Shown in pieces: positions 13,936 to 27,040 of a DNA stretch of 64,000 bases. Source of the stretch: Macrostomum hystrix (lineage: Eukaryota > Animalia > Platyhelminthes). Below the pieces are notes generated by a model. The model saw nothing but the letters and a program-made list of their open reading frames with translations, searched no databases and was not told where the DNA came from. Position numbers and translations under genes: made by a program. Each line of letters begins with the position of its first letter. The stretch's first letter is position 1. The stretch is taken from NCBI GenBank assembly GCA_950097015.1, contig CATNEN010000039.1, positions 15,686,001 through 15,750,000 on the forward strand, in the 5' to 3' direction.

Positions 13936-16900
13936 ATGGTAGAAGATTTAGCATCAATCATCGCTTTAATTAATAATGCAACCGATTTGGACAAAAAGGT
14001 AAGCTCTTCGCATCCTACTTTCATGATTTTCGATTTGGGCACCTCAGGGCCCCAAACGAAGGCTCTTTCCTATTTCGGTTATATATTGGAATCGCATATT
14101 CCACTTTTTGGGGGGTAATCATGGTTTCAAAAAATACGCACGAAGAATGCGAGCCGGTCTAAATTTAGAATTTTTCCGCTTTCTTATCTGCCGTTTAGTT
14201 CCTACTCATTAAAATATTCAAAAGAAGCTTAAGTCTGTCACTTTGTAAGACACAGGACTTTTAAAACTTGTCAGAATGACTAGACTTGCTGCCATCTAAT
14301 TTCTTAACACTTTTATAAGTAATATTATTTGTGGTTCTTTTTTTCTTACCTAAAGTTAAGTACTCCTGTCTGCTATTATTAGGAATAGCTTGTAAGTATA
14401 GCTCTTAGTAGACTAGGCCTAGTAGTTGATTACAAGCTAAAATAAATTTGCCAGATAAGTATTTTATTGTAGTTATCTTCAGCTTTGAAAAAATCTAACA
14501 GCACAACATGAAAAACTGCAATATAGAAATAAGTATTCAAAGGAATACACACAATAAACTATGAGCTAGTAAACAATAAAATGAGCTAAATAATATTTTT
14601 GTGATATTATTTTAATATACAAGTTTAGTAGAGTTAATTATTTGGGATTTTTGGGGCTCTATTTAAGTTTATAACTCTTCTTTTAGTACATAGTACATTT
14701 TTTTATTATGTTGATTGTATTCCCAAATTCCTCAAAACAAATCCCAAAATGAATTCCAACATCTAGTTTATGCAACAATACGAAAAAAATTATATATAAA
14801 TAAAATAAAATAAAAAGTAAATATAAGCATAAAACAAGGCAATAATAGGCCTAATATAATAAATATGAAATATGTATTCTACATTAATATTTTTCATTGA
14901 GTATATGTTTTGCATAATGTGCTTACTTAATGTAATTCCATTTGGTATTATAACATGACTCAAATTAAGAGTAAAATGCTATGTAAAAGTGATCAAAAAT
15001 AAAATAAAAGTATTACAATTTTAACTTACAGTATTAACATATGCATGATTTGTAAAGACAGATTATGGATTTAATCTAAGATTTAAAAAATCTGAATTAG
15101 CAAATTTTCTAACGTCCTGTTTACTATCACTAACTGCTAAAACAAGATTTTTTATAAAAAAACTTCTCACAATAATGCATTGCAATTAGGAAATCAGAAC
15201 AATAACTTGCTTTGCATATTGGTTATTTGCACATCACATGATGCATTTGCACATTGATGTGTTTTGCTTGAGAAAAAAGGTACATCTTAAAGAAATTGAG
15301 GATTCAATTCAATAACAAAAATTATATTATGATCTGCTACACTAGCAACCACCCTTTTCAAAAGTAACAATAAAATCAAGCATAATACATTTAAGCAACT
15401 ATATTTATATATATTTTTCTAATTAGAAAGATCTCCATGGTAGGATTACCTAATGCTAGTGCCAAACAAGCCAAGGCTCCAACTTGTGAGCTAGCTGTAC
15501 ATCTTCAATCTTTAAAATCTTCAATTATGTGACTCTACTAAATTTATTATCTAAACTAGCTAGTAGAAGTGTCCCTTCAGCTTCTTATATGTCCAAATAT
15601 TCTGATAATAAAATTTATTTTGTCTGTATCATTTATATCCGCTCATTTATCTTTAGCTCCCATAATGATCTCTCTGCCTAGATGGTGATCAGCGCCCAGC
15701 AACTGTCACAGGCAGCTTCAATGCTGGAGGCCTTCCCAATGACCCGGGCACACCTGGAGACCACCCGGCTAGGCAAACTGCTCAACGATGTGCGCAGATT
15801 CACAGACTCCGGCGATTTGCAGCGTCAATTGCGTCGATTATTAAAAGGCTGGCAGCCCTTGGTGTCCGCTCACGACCCTAATTATTCAGTGGTTGTCAAT
15901 GGCAACGGCAAGAATGCCCCGGCGCATCAGCCTAGCTTGAATGCCGATGAGAATCTTGTAGCGTCGGCAGCCACTCCACCGTCTTCTGTTGCTGCTGTGG
16001 CGGCTTCGTCAATCGACGGGGAGTCTGGCTCGGTTGGCTCGGTCGGCTCTTCGTCGTCTCGTCACCTGGAGGCCGCGGCGCCAGCTTCGGTGCGAATCAG
16101 AAAACGCGCAGCCGCCGCGGCCGCAGCTGAGAGCGCAGTCAGCGCCAATGTTGCCGCAGCCACCGCCGCCTCAGCAGTTCCCGGCCGACTAGCCAAGGTT
16201 AGTTTCCTATGCCCTTGTATACGGACAGAATTTAGATTTCAAATATTTCAAATCTCCCTCTGGTTTAAAAGAATCCCAATTTGATTTCAAAGAAACACAA
16301 TTAGATTTCACATTCCATAGAGATTTTACGAATCTCTATGAGATTTTACGAATCTCTATGAGATTTTACGAATCTCACCGACATTTTACAAATCTCAGAG
16401 AGATTTTAAGAATCTTGTTGAGATTTTACGGATCTTGTTGAGATTTTACGAATCTCACAGAGATTTTACGAGTCTCACGGTGATTTTACGAATCTCACAG
16501 AGATTTTACGAATCTCACAGAGATTTTACGAATCTCACCGACATTTTACGAATCTCACGGTGATTTTACGAATCTCACAGAAATTTTACGAATCTAACAG
16601 AGATTTTACGAATCTCACAGAGATTTTACGAATCTCACAGACATTTTACGAATCTCACAGACATTTTACGAATCTCATGGTGATTTTACGAATCTCACCG
16701 ACATTTTACGAATCTCACAGAGATTTTACGAATCTAACAGAGATTTTACGAATCTCACAGAGATTTTACGAATCTCACAGACATTTTACGAATCTCACAG
16801 ACATTTTACGAATCTCACAGACATTTTACGAATCTCAGAAATTTTACGAATTTCAGAGAGATTTTACGAATCTTATTAAGATTTTAAGAATCTCGTGAGA

Positions 16901-17690
16901 TTTACGAATTTAACGAATCTCACGCTCTTGCCAGGTCCGGTCAACTGCCGAGCTACTCACTGGTCGCGAAGGTGTCACCCGTGAGACACTGGCTCGGATC
17001 CTCAATAACGAAGTGCCGCGCGAGACAGACGGCGGTGTGACCATTATTACTGCTGACACTGCTTCTAGTAGGCAGCAACAGCAGCAGCAGCAGCCGAGCG
17101 GACCAGTTGTTGGTTCGGCTAGAAAGCGTAGAAAAATCGATTCCTCATCAACGACAGCGGCTTCTGATCAGGGTCTATCCCAGTCTGCCACCGCCAAAAC
17201 CACAGCATCAGCAGCAGCCTCTACTCATCCTTCTTCGTCTACATTGCCCAAAGCAGAGACAAGCGACTCCGGCTTGTTGCACAAATTCCTGGAGAGCGCA
17301 GTCAGCCATCCGGTTGTTGAAGAAGCTGCCGAAGCTGCCGCTCACGACGCGGACGAGCTGGCCTCGAAGTCCTGGAAAAAGCAGTCGGCTGGCAAGTCTT
17401 CTTTATTGAAGGACGCCGCTGGTCACCTATTGTTGCCTAATTTCCTGCATGACTGGCCTAAACTGCCGCCGTTAGTTGAAACAGCAACTACAGAAGATGC
17501 CCGCGACCAGGCGTCTGCTAGTAGCAGATCAGTTCTGGACTCATATTCTGTTGCGCTGCCAAAGTCTAACGATAGCGTTGTCCACATCCTGCCCTGGGTG
17601 GATCTGGACGGCTGGCAGCGTCGATTCTTCCCCGCTGACGCTGAGCCTGACGATGGCAAGGCGGAGCTAGCTGCGACCACTGTCTGGTGA
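13936..17690 (+). CDS. MED26: Mediator of RNA polymerase II transcription subunit 26, 3 exons
   Basis: Exons 13936-13998, 15682-16197, 16935-17690, all phase 0. TFIIS-N-like domain LEAFPMTRAHLETTRLGKLLNDVRR...LRRLLKGWQ, a KVRSTAELL motif across the second junction, and C-terminal HILPWVDLD (cf. MED26 ILPYVCLD). Exon 1 is less certain. Confidence 0.88.
16318..16922. repeat. 20-bp minisatellite (AGATTTTACGAATCTCACAG) in MED26 intron 2
   Basis: Tandem 20-mers, each containing the inverted repeat GAGATT-N5-AATCTC. Confidence 0.95.
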
Positions 17691-17814
17691 CTTCTCTACT
17701 GGCCATTTCTTTCCGATTCCTTCTTTCAGCTTCCCCATCAAATTCTTCAGTTACCCCTACCTCGTCTATTCACTCCAATTCTGCCCCTCTTTTATCCAGG
17801 TTTCTTCCTTTTTC

Positions 17815-18612
17815 CTAATTTACCCCTATCCCCTTTTCTATTCTACCCCTCTACCTTTCCGATTCTACCCCTCTCCCCTATCCCATTCTACCCCTCTGCC
17901 TTTCCCACTCTACCCCTCTCCCTTTTCTATTCTACCCCTCTCCCTTTTCTATTCTACCCCTCTCCCTTTCCGATTTTACCCTTCTCCCATTTCTCATTCT
18001 ACCCCTCTGCCTTTCTCATTCTACCCCTCTGCCTTTCCTCATTCTACCCCTCTGCCTTTCCTCATTCTACCCCTCTCCCTTTCCGATTTTACCCTTCTCC
18101 CATTTCTCATTCTACCCCTCTGCCTTTCCGATTCTACCCCTCTCCCCTATCCCATTCTACCCCTCTGCCTTTCCCACTCTACCCCTCTCCCTTTCCGATT
18201 CTACCCCTCTCCCTTTCCGATTTTACCCTTCTCCCATTTCTCATTCTACCCCTCTCCCTTTCCCATTCTACCCCTCTCCCTTTCCCATTCTACCCCTCTG
18301 CCTTTCTCATTCTACCCCTCTGCCTTTCCTCATTCTACCCCTCTCCCTTTCCGATTTTACCCTTCTCCCATTTCTCATTCTACCCCTCTCCCTTTCTCAT
18401 TCTACCCCTCTGCCTTTCTCATTCTTCCCCTCTCCCTTTCTCATTCTACCCCTCTCCCTTTCCCATTCTACCCCTCTCCCTTTCTCATTCTACCCCTCTG
18501 CCTTTCTCATTCTACCCCTCTGCCTTTCTCATTCTACCCCTCTGCCTTTCTCATTCTACCCCTCTGCCTTTTCCATTCTACCCCTCTGCCTTTCCCATTC
18601 TACCCTTCTATT
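17815..18612. repeat. ~22-bp polypyrimidine minisatellite (ATTCTACCCCTCTCCCTTTCCC) just 3' of the MED26 stop
   Basis: Direct tandem periodicity. Confidence 0.93.
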
Positions 18613-21034
18613 TCATTGACTCGTTTTCTTCTCTCCCATTTTACCCACTCTCCCATCCCTTCCTAATCCCTCAATGCCTTCTTTAATCGTCTGCGATCCG
18701 AATGCAAAGAGCTAGTTGCCAGTCTTGTGTGTCAACCAGATTCAAGAATGGTCTGTGTTGTTTGTTCCTTTTGCTTATTTGCTATTTTCATCTTACACTT
18801 TATTGATTTGCACAATGCTACACAAGTTATCTTTCCGCCAATTACTTCTTCTATAAATTAGCAATCTGATCACCGATTTGTCAAGCCAGGTGTTGTATTT
18901 CTTTCCTCGCGAGCTAAATAAAATTGTGAATTTAATCAACTGCGTTAAACAGGCATTCAGAATGCCCGGAATCAATCAATTAGGTATTTAATTCAGTCTT
19001 CATTCCGCAAAAAATAGCTGCTTTTGGCCCATCAATTAAATTTCACACAGTGCGCAGTGATGCCAGTGCAATTCTAGCATTTTAAAAACATAATATTGCT
19101 TCTCGTTGCGTATATAACTTTGCTGTCCCTAAAAAATTGTAATATACTCCTGATATACTACTAATATTCGTGTATTTAGTAGTGCAGTCCGCGTGCGTGA
19201 CTAGAACCTTCATAATACGCTCGTATAAACGGCCTTTTCGAATCCACTTGAATAAACACATTTGCGTCAGTTTATTGTCATTCTTGTGTTGGAAATCGAA
19301 TAGAAAGTCGAACGGCTTAGATTCTATTCGGTTCTGTTTTTTTCCTGCTTGTTTTTGACAGAATAAGCAATGAAAATCTTTTATCGATTATCATTATTTA
19401 ATTTTTTTCTTTGCATTCATTTACTGGGAGGCTGGCTAGGCTACGTATTAAAAACTCTTAATACAATATCATAAATTACAAACTTTGTTAGTATTAGTAA
19501 TTGGTTATTAAAAAGAGAAATAAATTTAACCTTAGTAAGTCACGCACAAAAGTCTTTTTTAAATGCATTATTTTTCAAACCATCGATTTTCACGCTGGCA
19601 TGGCGTGACGCGGTGGCCTTGATGCTAAAAATAGAATAATGAGAAGGAACAAAGAGCTTGATTTTATGCTTAGTAAATATCACGTGATTATAGACCTTCG
19701 CATTTTTCTACGATAGGACAGGATGAAGTGGGACTTTCTTCCTCGCTTTAACTACTTGAAGTAGTTTTTCGGATAATATTGAACAAGTAATGTACTCAGG
19801 CCTTTACGGAGTTCTAGAAATTCGTTTTGTTTAAATCTTGGCCCTTTGAGTTACTCGTTTCATGCCCGTGTGTTTCATTGCTACGCGTATAATAACTTCA
19901 AACAATTTGTAGTTTAATTTTATAAATTCAACGGCGTAATTGATTTTTGAATTTTTCAACTATAAAAGCAGCAAAGACTTTTATGTCTTGTTTTTATTTA
20001 TTTCGTTTTCTAAAGACTTTTTTCGACCGATACTTATCGGGCAGTTACAAGTAATTTATGATTTCCCGATAAGAGCTAATTGGCTTGCTAACATCTGTTA
20101 TTTCTCCCAGTAAGTTCGTTTAGTTGAGTCACAAAATAATTATAAGAAAATATGAAATTCCATATTACAGAAAAATGTCATGTCGAACAAGACCGACAAG
20201 AACTGATAAGCCAGGTAAACCAGTTTACTTTATAAATAATTATATTTCTTACTAAACAGTCAACACCAGTGATGAAATTAAGGAAAACCAAAACAAGAAG
20301 CAATATAGTGTTTTAAGTTACTAACAGTAGTATGTCAAATCGTTGATAAAACGATGAAAAAGTATTAGTAGAAAACAAATAAAATGACACCGATTACCAT
20401 AGACAGTAGGCATTGGAACAGGCAATTTTTTGTTCGAATTTTTCCTCTGTGATCGCATTTTAATCGATATTTTCAAAAGGGAGATCAACTTATATACGTT
20501 AAATACTTTATGCATTGGACAGTCAATTGATTAATCAACCAGTAATGATTTCAATGCGCGATTAGGTTTATGCAGCAAATAGAATACCTAATTATAGTCT
20601 AATGGGAGAGAAATGATCTAGGGGAGATTCTAAAAACAATATACTAGTACAAGAAACATTATCCAAAGCAAAGATTATGTACTCTATATGATATTACTGC
20701 TACGAAAAAACAAAGGATTACGGGGAAGACTGCACAAAATAGAAATATTGCCAATAGTCAATTTATTCGTGAATTATGCATCAAGGAAAGGACCAGACCA
20801 GGCCAGGCCAACAAAATTCGAGTCAGGCGAAACCCAATGCAGAAAGTGCTAATCAATGATAATCGTAATAATCAATATTAAAGTCGCAAAGCTTAAGGGC
20901 TCTACGGTTACTAAGGACATGATAATAGTTAGTGGACCTGTGTCAGAATACAAGATACCGGTTTAGGATCAGAATTTTGGAATTTTAAATCACTGAAAAA
21001 CCCAGGATTTTTTTCTTAGAAGTTGATTGTTATA

Positions 21035-21715
21035 ACTGGGATTTAGGAATTCGAAAGCTCAGTATTAGGACTGAAATTTGAGAATCTCAAATCTCAGCGT
21101 TACATCTGGGATTTAGGGATATTAAAGCTCAGTTTTAGATCTGGGATTTGGGGATATTAAAGCTCAGTTTTAGATCTGCGATTTGAGGATATTAAAGCTC
21201 AGTTTTAGATCTGGGATTTGGGAATCTTAAAGCTCAATTTTAAATCTGGGATTTGGGGATATTAAAGCTCAGTTTTAGATTTGGGATTTGGGAATCTTAA
21301 AGCTCAATTTTAAATCTGGGATTTGGGGATCTTAAAGCTCAGTTTTAAATCTGGGATTTGGGAATCTTAAATCTCAGCGTTACATCTGGGATTTGGGAAT
21401 CTTAAATCTCAGTTTTAGTTCTGGGATTTGGGAATCTTAAAGCTCAGTTTTAGATCTGGGATTTGGGAATCTTAAAGCTCAATTTTAAATCTGGGATTTG
21501 GGGATATGAAAGCTCAGTTTTAGATTTGGGATTTGGGAATCTTAAAGCTCAATTTTAAATCTGGGATTTGGGAATCTTAAATCTCAGCGTTACATCTGGG
21601 ATTTGGGAATCTTAAAGCTCAGTTTTAGATCTGGGATTTGGGGATATTAAAGCTCAGTTTTAGAACTGGGATTTGAGGATTTTAAATATCAGCGTTCGAA
21701 CTGGGTTTTATGGAT
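21035..21715. repeat. 35-bp minisatellite (ATCTGGGATTTGGGAATCTTAAAGCTCAGTTTTAG) downstream of ZIP7
   Basis: Direct tandem periodicity. Confidence 0.93.
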
Positions 21716-21857
21716 CTTGAGATTGTGTCAGGGTTGGGATTTTAGGAAGTTGAAATTCACATTACATGGTTAGAATTTGTTGTCTTTAAATAGCGTTCAT
21801 AAAATCCGAAAAACAACATTCCGATATCAGATCACATGCAGCCAATGTGTTCCCAGC

Positions 21858-24800
21858 TCACTCGTAAATGCCAACCAGCACCATCAGACCGACGCCAAGT
21901 ACAAAGGCCAGAAGCTCCTTCACAGTCTGGCCTAGGCTGCTAGGCTGGAGCAGTTCAGGTATGACAGTCACCAGGGCGATGTAGACAAAGCCCCCGGCTG
22001 TGAATGGCAGTATCCAGGCAGTGTAGGCTGGATTGGCGCCTCCGCAGGCCAGTGCCACCACGGTGCCAGCCAGGGCACCGGCAGCCGTGAGCAATTGAAG
22101 GGCGCGAGCCTTCCACACGGGCACCCCAGACTGCAGCAGGATGGCGTAGTCGCCAATCTCGTGCGGCACCTCGTGAAATAAAATTGTTGCCGTGGTTACC
22201 AGGCCAACGCTGCGGCCGAGGGCGAACGAGGCGCCGATGGCGAGGCCGTCGGTGAAATTGTGCATGCAGTCGGCCAGGAGATTAAGGTAGCCAGCCAGCT
22301 TCACCTCCTGCTGGGGCTGGATAGCTGGACTGGCGTCTGGGCGGCGATGAGGGTAGAGATTTCATGTGGGAGTAGAGATTCCATGTGAGAGTAGAAATTT
22401 CATTTCAGAGAGTGGAGACTCAATGCAGTGAGATTAGAGTAGAGATATCGGGTACTACATATCCTTTGAAAAAGCGATTAATAAGATAAAATCTTACCGC
22501 TGTCTTGCTTCTTGTCCACAGCAGTGACCTTATCCTTCTGTTGCTTTTTCTTGGCACTGCCGGCCTGGTCGCTATCATCCTTCTTGTGCTTGGCAGCTGA
22601 ATCGTGCGAGTGACCGTGACCAGCGGTTCGCATGGCCTTCTCGGCTAGTAGGAAGGTCATAATGCCGGCCACCACCCACAGGCCGACTTGCATGTGGCGC
22701 GCGTGCGAGTGGCCTTGACCGTCGCCATGCGAGTGGCCGTGACTGTCGCCTGGGATAATTAGGGTCACAATCGATCGAATTAGAGGGGATCACAGTTGAT
22801 CGTATTGGATGGGGATCACAAGAGATCGAATTGGATTCGATTAAAAGGGGATCACAATGGATGGACTGGGAAAGGGGATCACAATGGGTGGATTGGGAAA
22901 GGGGATCACAATGGATGGATTGGGAAAGGGGATCACAATGGATGGACTGGGAAAGGGGATCACAATGGATGGAATGGGAATGGGGATCACAATGGATGGA
23001 ATGGGAAAGGGGATCACAATGGATGGATTGGGAAAGGGGATCACAATGGATGGATTGGGAAAGGGGATCACAATGGATGGACTGGGAAATGGGATCAAAA
23101 TGGATGGACTGGGAAATGGGATCACAATGGATGGACTGGGAAAGGGGATCACAATGGATGGATTGGGAAAGGGGATCACAATGGATGGACTGGGAAAGGG
23201 GGTCACAATGGATGGACTGGTAAAGGGGGTCACAATGGATGGACTGCGAAAGGGGATCACAATGGATGGATTGGGAAAGGGGATCACAATGGAGGGAATG
23301 GGAAAGGGATCACAATGGATGGACTGGGAAAGGGGATCACAATAGATGGACTAGAAAAGGGGATCACAATGGATGGATTGGGAAAGGGGATCACAATGGA
23401 GGGATTGGGAAAGGGGATCACAATGGATGGATTGGGAAAGGGGATCACAATGGATGGATTGGGAAAGGGGATCACAATGGATGGACTGGGAAAGGGGATC
23501 ACAATGTATGGACTAGGAAAGGGGATCACAGCATCATGTAAAAACCATCTTACCCTCATTGTGGTCGTGTGGATCGATAGCATGGGGAATTAGATGCAAG
23601 AAAGCGTCACCAAGGAGGCCACCGCTGGCAAAGCTAAGCAGCACATGCAGCACCGGCTTGTGACGGTCGGTGTTTTCAACTCGAATTAGAAACAGAATAG
23701 CATATGGAATAAGACTGATTAGCAGAGTGCTTGAGATGGCTTGAAACCACAGCTGCCAGCCGGCCAACCGAATTGGCTCTGGCTTGTCCCAGTCGACTGT
23801 TTTCTTTGGAGCATCGCCGTCGTGACTGTGACCATGGTCTCCTTCGTGACTATGACCATGTCCTCCATGGCTATGACCGTGTCCTCCATGACTATGACCA
23901 TGTCCTCCATGGCTATGACCATGTCCTCCGTGGCTATGACCATGTCCTCCATGGCTATGACCGTGTCCATGATCATCATCATGATCGTCTTCAATGTTGT
24001 GACTAAAATTTACAATGGGAGGAGAGACTTAATAACAATATAATATAAATATATTATAATATATATATTATAATTATATATATTATATATACTTAAAATC
24101 CTTATGTATTTTATCCTACATTTGCTTTCTTTTTCAAAGCATGGGGTAAACAAATAATTTTAGGGCAAATTGTAGCTTAGTGGTTAGTCCAACTTCTGAC
24201 CAAGAGGCTGGGATTTTCAAACCCAATGAATTTAATTTTGTTTTTCAGCAAGACACTAAATTTACCTAGTTTTTTAGTTCAAGTCTGAACATCTGGACCA
24301 ACTAATGCTAGGTAATTGATTTTGATTTCGTACCTTGCTTAGGCAACCAAAAACTTCTAGAACATATAGCTTGTTGCACTTTTGCAATGCAATTATCATC
24401 TTTACTCTTACCATTTCAGGAAATATAGCTAATCATATTATGTGTATAATGAAAAGGAATAAATTTGCTTAAATACAACCTATTTGTTACTAAAGCCAAT
24501 GAGCATAGGATAGGGATGACCATACTATTGAAAAGTTAGTGGGCATCATACAGCTGTTATTGGCCTTCTAATATTTTCAGTTTATTAATAAAGAGAACAG
24601 CAATATTAGAAATCATGATGTGCTATACCATGGTTAGGAAGGTGGCTGAGTGTGTGCCAGAAAAAATAATTGAATGAATAAAATTGAATTTAATTAACAA
24701 AATTAATTGACAAAAACAATAATTTTTATAGTAAAGAATAGACAAACTGAATAGTAACATAATCATGTTTACATTAATTAAAACTTTACTCCATATATTG

Positions 24801-25593
24801 CAATAATTAAAAATATATACAAGAAAATCTTAATATTTAATCATAAGCAAAAACTGTGCAATTAGAAGATATTTCATCCATTTATACTTTCATATTTAAT
24901 CAAGTAAAGAAATTCATTTTTTACTGGCAAAAGCTTGATTTCATTTAATGTGTGTACCACATCAAGTAATAGAGGCTAAGGCAAAATGCAATGAAAAAAA
25001 CTAGGCAATTGTGCAATAGTGTGCGCATGCTTCCACGTTGTGTGAACCTGCACCAAGCTGTGCGCATATGCACAATAAAAAGAGCCAGTGCGCGCTGGAA
25101 CTTTCCGCCACCTTCCTGACTATGGGTGCTATGTTGCTATAGACATAGCTATGTAGCTATATAAACTATGCACAGAAGATCTCAACTAAAAATGATTTAT
25201 CCAAATTTATCCAATCAATTACAACTTCATTTAATTGTGCTACTTTTATTGAATGATTTTTGAATGATTTTTGAATGAATGATGACGTTTTTCGAATGAT
25301 TTTAATCCATAATTGAAGTCTGTAAACACTTAATAGAAAGATCTAATAGATTCTGAGCTTTTACATTACTTGTATTTGCCCTGCAGCTTTTAGTAAAAAA
25401 GCAGGTAAGTATAACTTTTGTTTATCTAGCGGAAATACTGTCTTACGCAGAAATTCTTAGCTCATATATAGCTCAAATAAAGTCGAGAGCAGTTACATTG
25501 TTTATTGGTTTTGTTTGCTCACCTGTGAACGCATAAAAGGACAGCCGACAATACTATCATCAAGAGTGTTAAACTGACCCAAAGCTTAGCCAT
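21858..25593 (-). CDS. SLC39A7: Zinc transporter ZIP7 / KE4 / Catsup (LIV-1 subfamily), 4 exons
   Basis: Exons 25593-25523 (signal peptide [24 protein letters not shown]), 24002-23554, 22749-22498 and 22336-21858, with phases 2/1/1 consistent. His-rich (GHGHSHG)n N-terminus, [22 protein letters not shown]4 HNFTDG, TM5 HEVPHEIGD and [12 protein letters not shown]. Confidence 0.95.
22770..23530. repeat. 27-bp minisatellite (GGATCACAATGGATGGACTGGGAAAGG) filling ZIP7 intron 2
   Basis: Tandem units occupy almost the whole intron 22750-23553; overlapping ORFs are artefacts. Confidence 0.96.
24170..24262 (+). mobile_element. Degenerate tRNA-derived SINE head in ZIP7 intron 1
   Basis: A-box-like TAGCTTAGTGGTTAG, B-box-like GGGATTTTCAAACCC, followed by a CAGCAAGACACTAAA motif typical of SINE bodies. 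Confidence 0.35.
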
Positions 25594-27040
25594 GATGCTT
25601 TTTCGACAGAACTAGCAGAAGTCTAGCTATAGAACGTTTTGCACTTTTATCTAAGCCTTAATATCTAACAAGTGTTAGTTCTTTCTTAGAAAAGACTCTT
25701 TTAAATACGATTTAATCACACGTCGCTAAAGTATATGTATAAACAAAACATATCTAGGGGTATAGAGGTGACAAAATTATATTTCTAATTTTTTCTCTAT
25801 ACTCAAGCAAATTATTTAATAAAACTATGCATTGCTCTCGTTACATTATTGTTAGCATTCCAATCACGCTAACGCAGTAATTTCTAAAATGCGATCGTGT
25901 TCATAAAATACTACTAAGTTGCTATATGAACATAGGAGCATTCTTTGGACCTATGGTAGCTTACTTCGTCCAAAGCTGGGACAAACCGATTCAGACTAAA
26001 CGTTAAACATCTATGGAACTTTTGCGGATTTATTTTCTCATTGCTCTTCTTTTTCAAGGTTATATGCCTTTTTAATGCAATCTGTATATTAACGTACTTG
26101 ATTTCACTTCTCGTGTACCAACTCCTCTACTCCTTTCCTCGTCAGTTAGTGCTTTAAATTTTATTGAACTTCAATTTATCTTAAATTTGAAACTTAAAAT
26201 TGAACTTCATCACTTAAGTTAAATTGAAATGATTGAAGAAGTAAATTTTAGATACTTGCACATTTGCGCAGAAGTTGTGGACGATGCGTGCTGAATTTTA
26301 AGATCTTAGAAATCTCAGTCTTGTTTTTTAGTGGTGACTATGATTATATTTGCAAGATTGTCCAGAGCATTAATTGTGATATATTATCGCTATTTTTTAT
26401 TCCAACACCGCAAATTAAAACAGCCTAGACTATAATTATAAAGATCTGTTTTATTTACCAATGTTGGTGCAAACCAAACTAATTAATTAAATCAGCAAGC
26501 CAATTTCCCACCTAAGGTAGCAAAAGCTTCATCAATCGTCACGATTCTAATAAACCTGCAAGGATTTCTCGTAGAGATCTGGCATGATATCCCAGCATGC
26601 ACAGTTTTCCGTTTCGAAACCATTGGCCCGATGAAGGCAGCATTCAAAACATGCAAATATAGCGCGAATGAAAGAAGCACAAAGCTAAAAAAAATAGACA
26701 AAAAATAGGAGTATGTATGCATATGTTCAAGGATTTTTGCGAATTCAGTGAGTTACTACAATTGAAACGAATAAAATCGTAGACTTTACAAGTAAACACC
26801 TTCTTCTCGTCTTGTTTAATTAATGAATCCAGTTCAATTAATTAAAAGTGTGACTTTTCTAGGAAAAAAATCTGAAAATGTTTGCTTTATCAAGTTTGTG
26901 GATTATTTTTCGGCTTGAATTTAACAGCCAATGAGCTAGCGAGTTGTGGCACCATGCAGATTTTCACTACTATTTCTAAGAAAATTCAAAGCCTTAGAAA
27001 TCCGCACAACTCTAGCAATTCATATCCTCAAATTCAGTGA

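Noticed and set aside
24170-24225. tRNA gene
   Set aside because: No complete cloverleaf; better explained as a decayed SINE head (same for 28260-28320).
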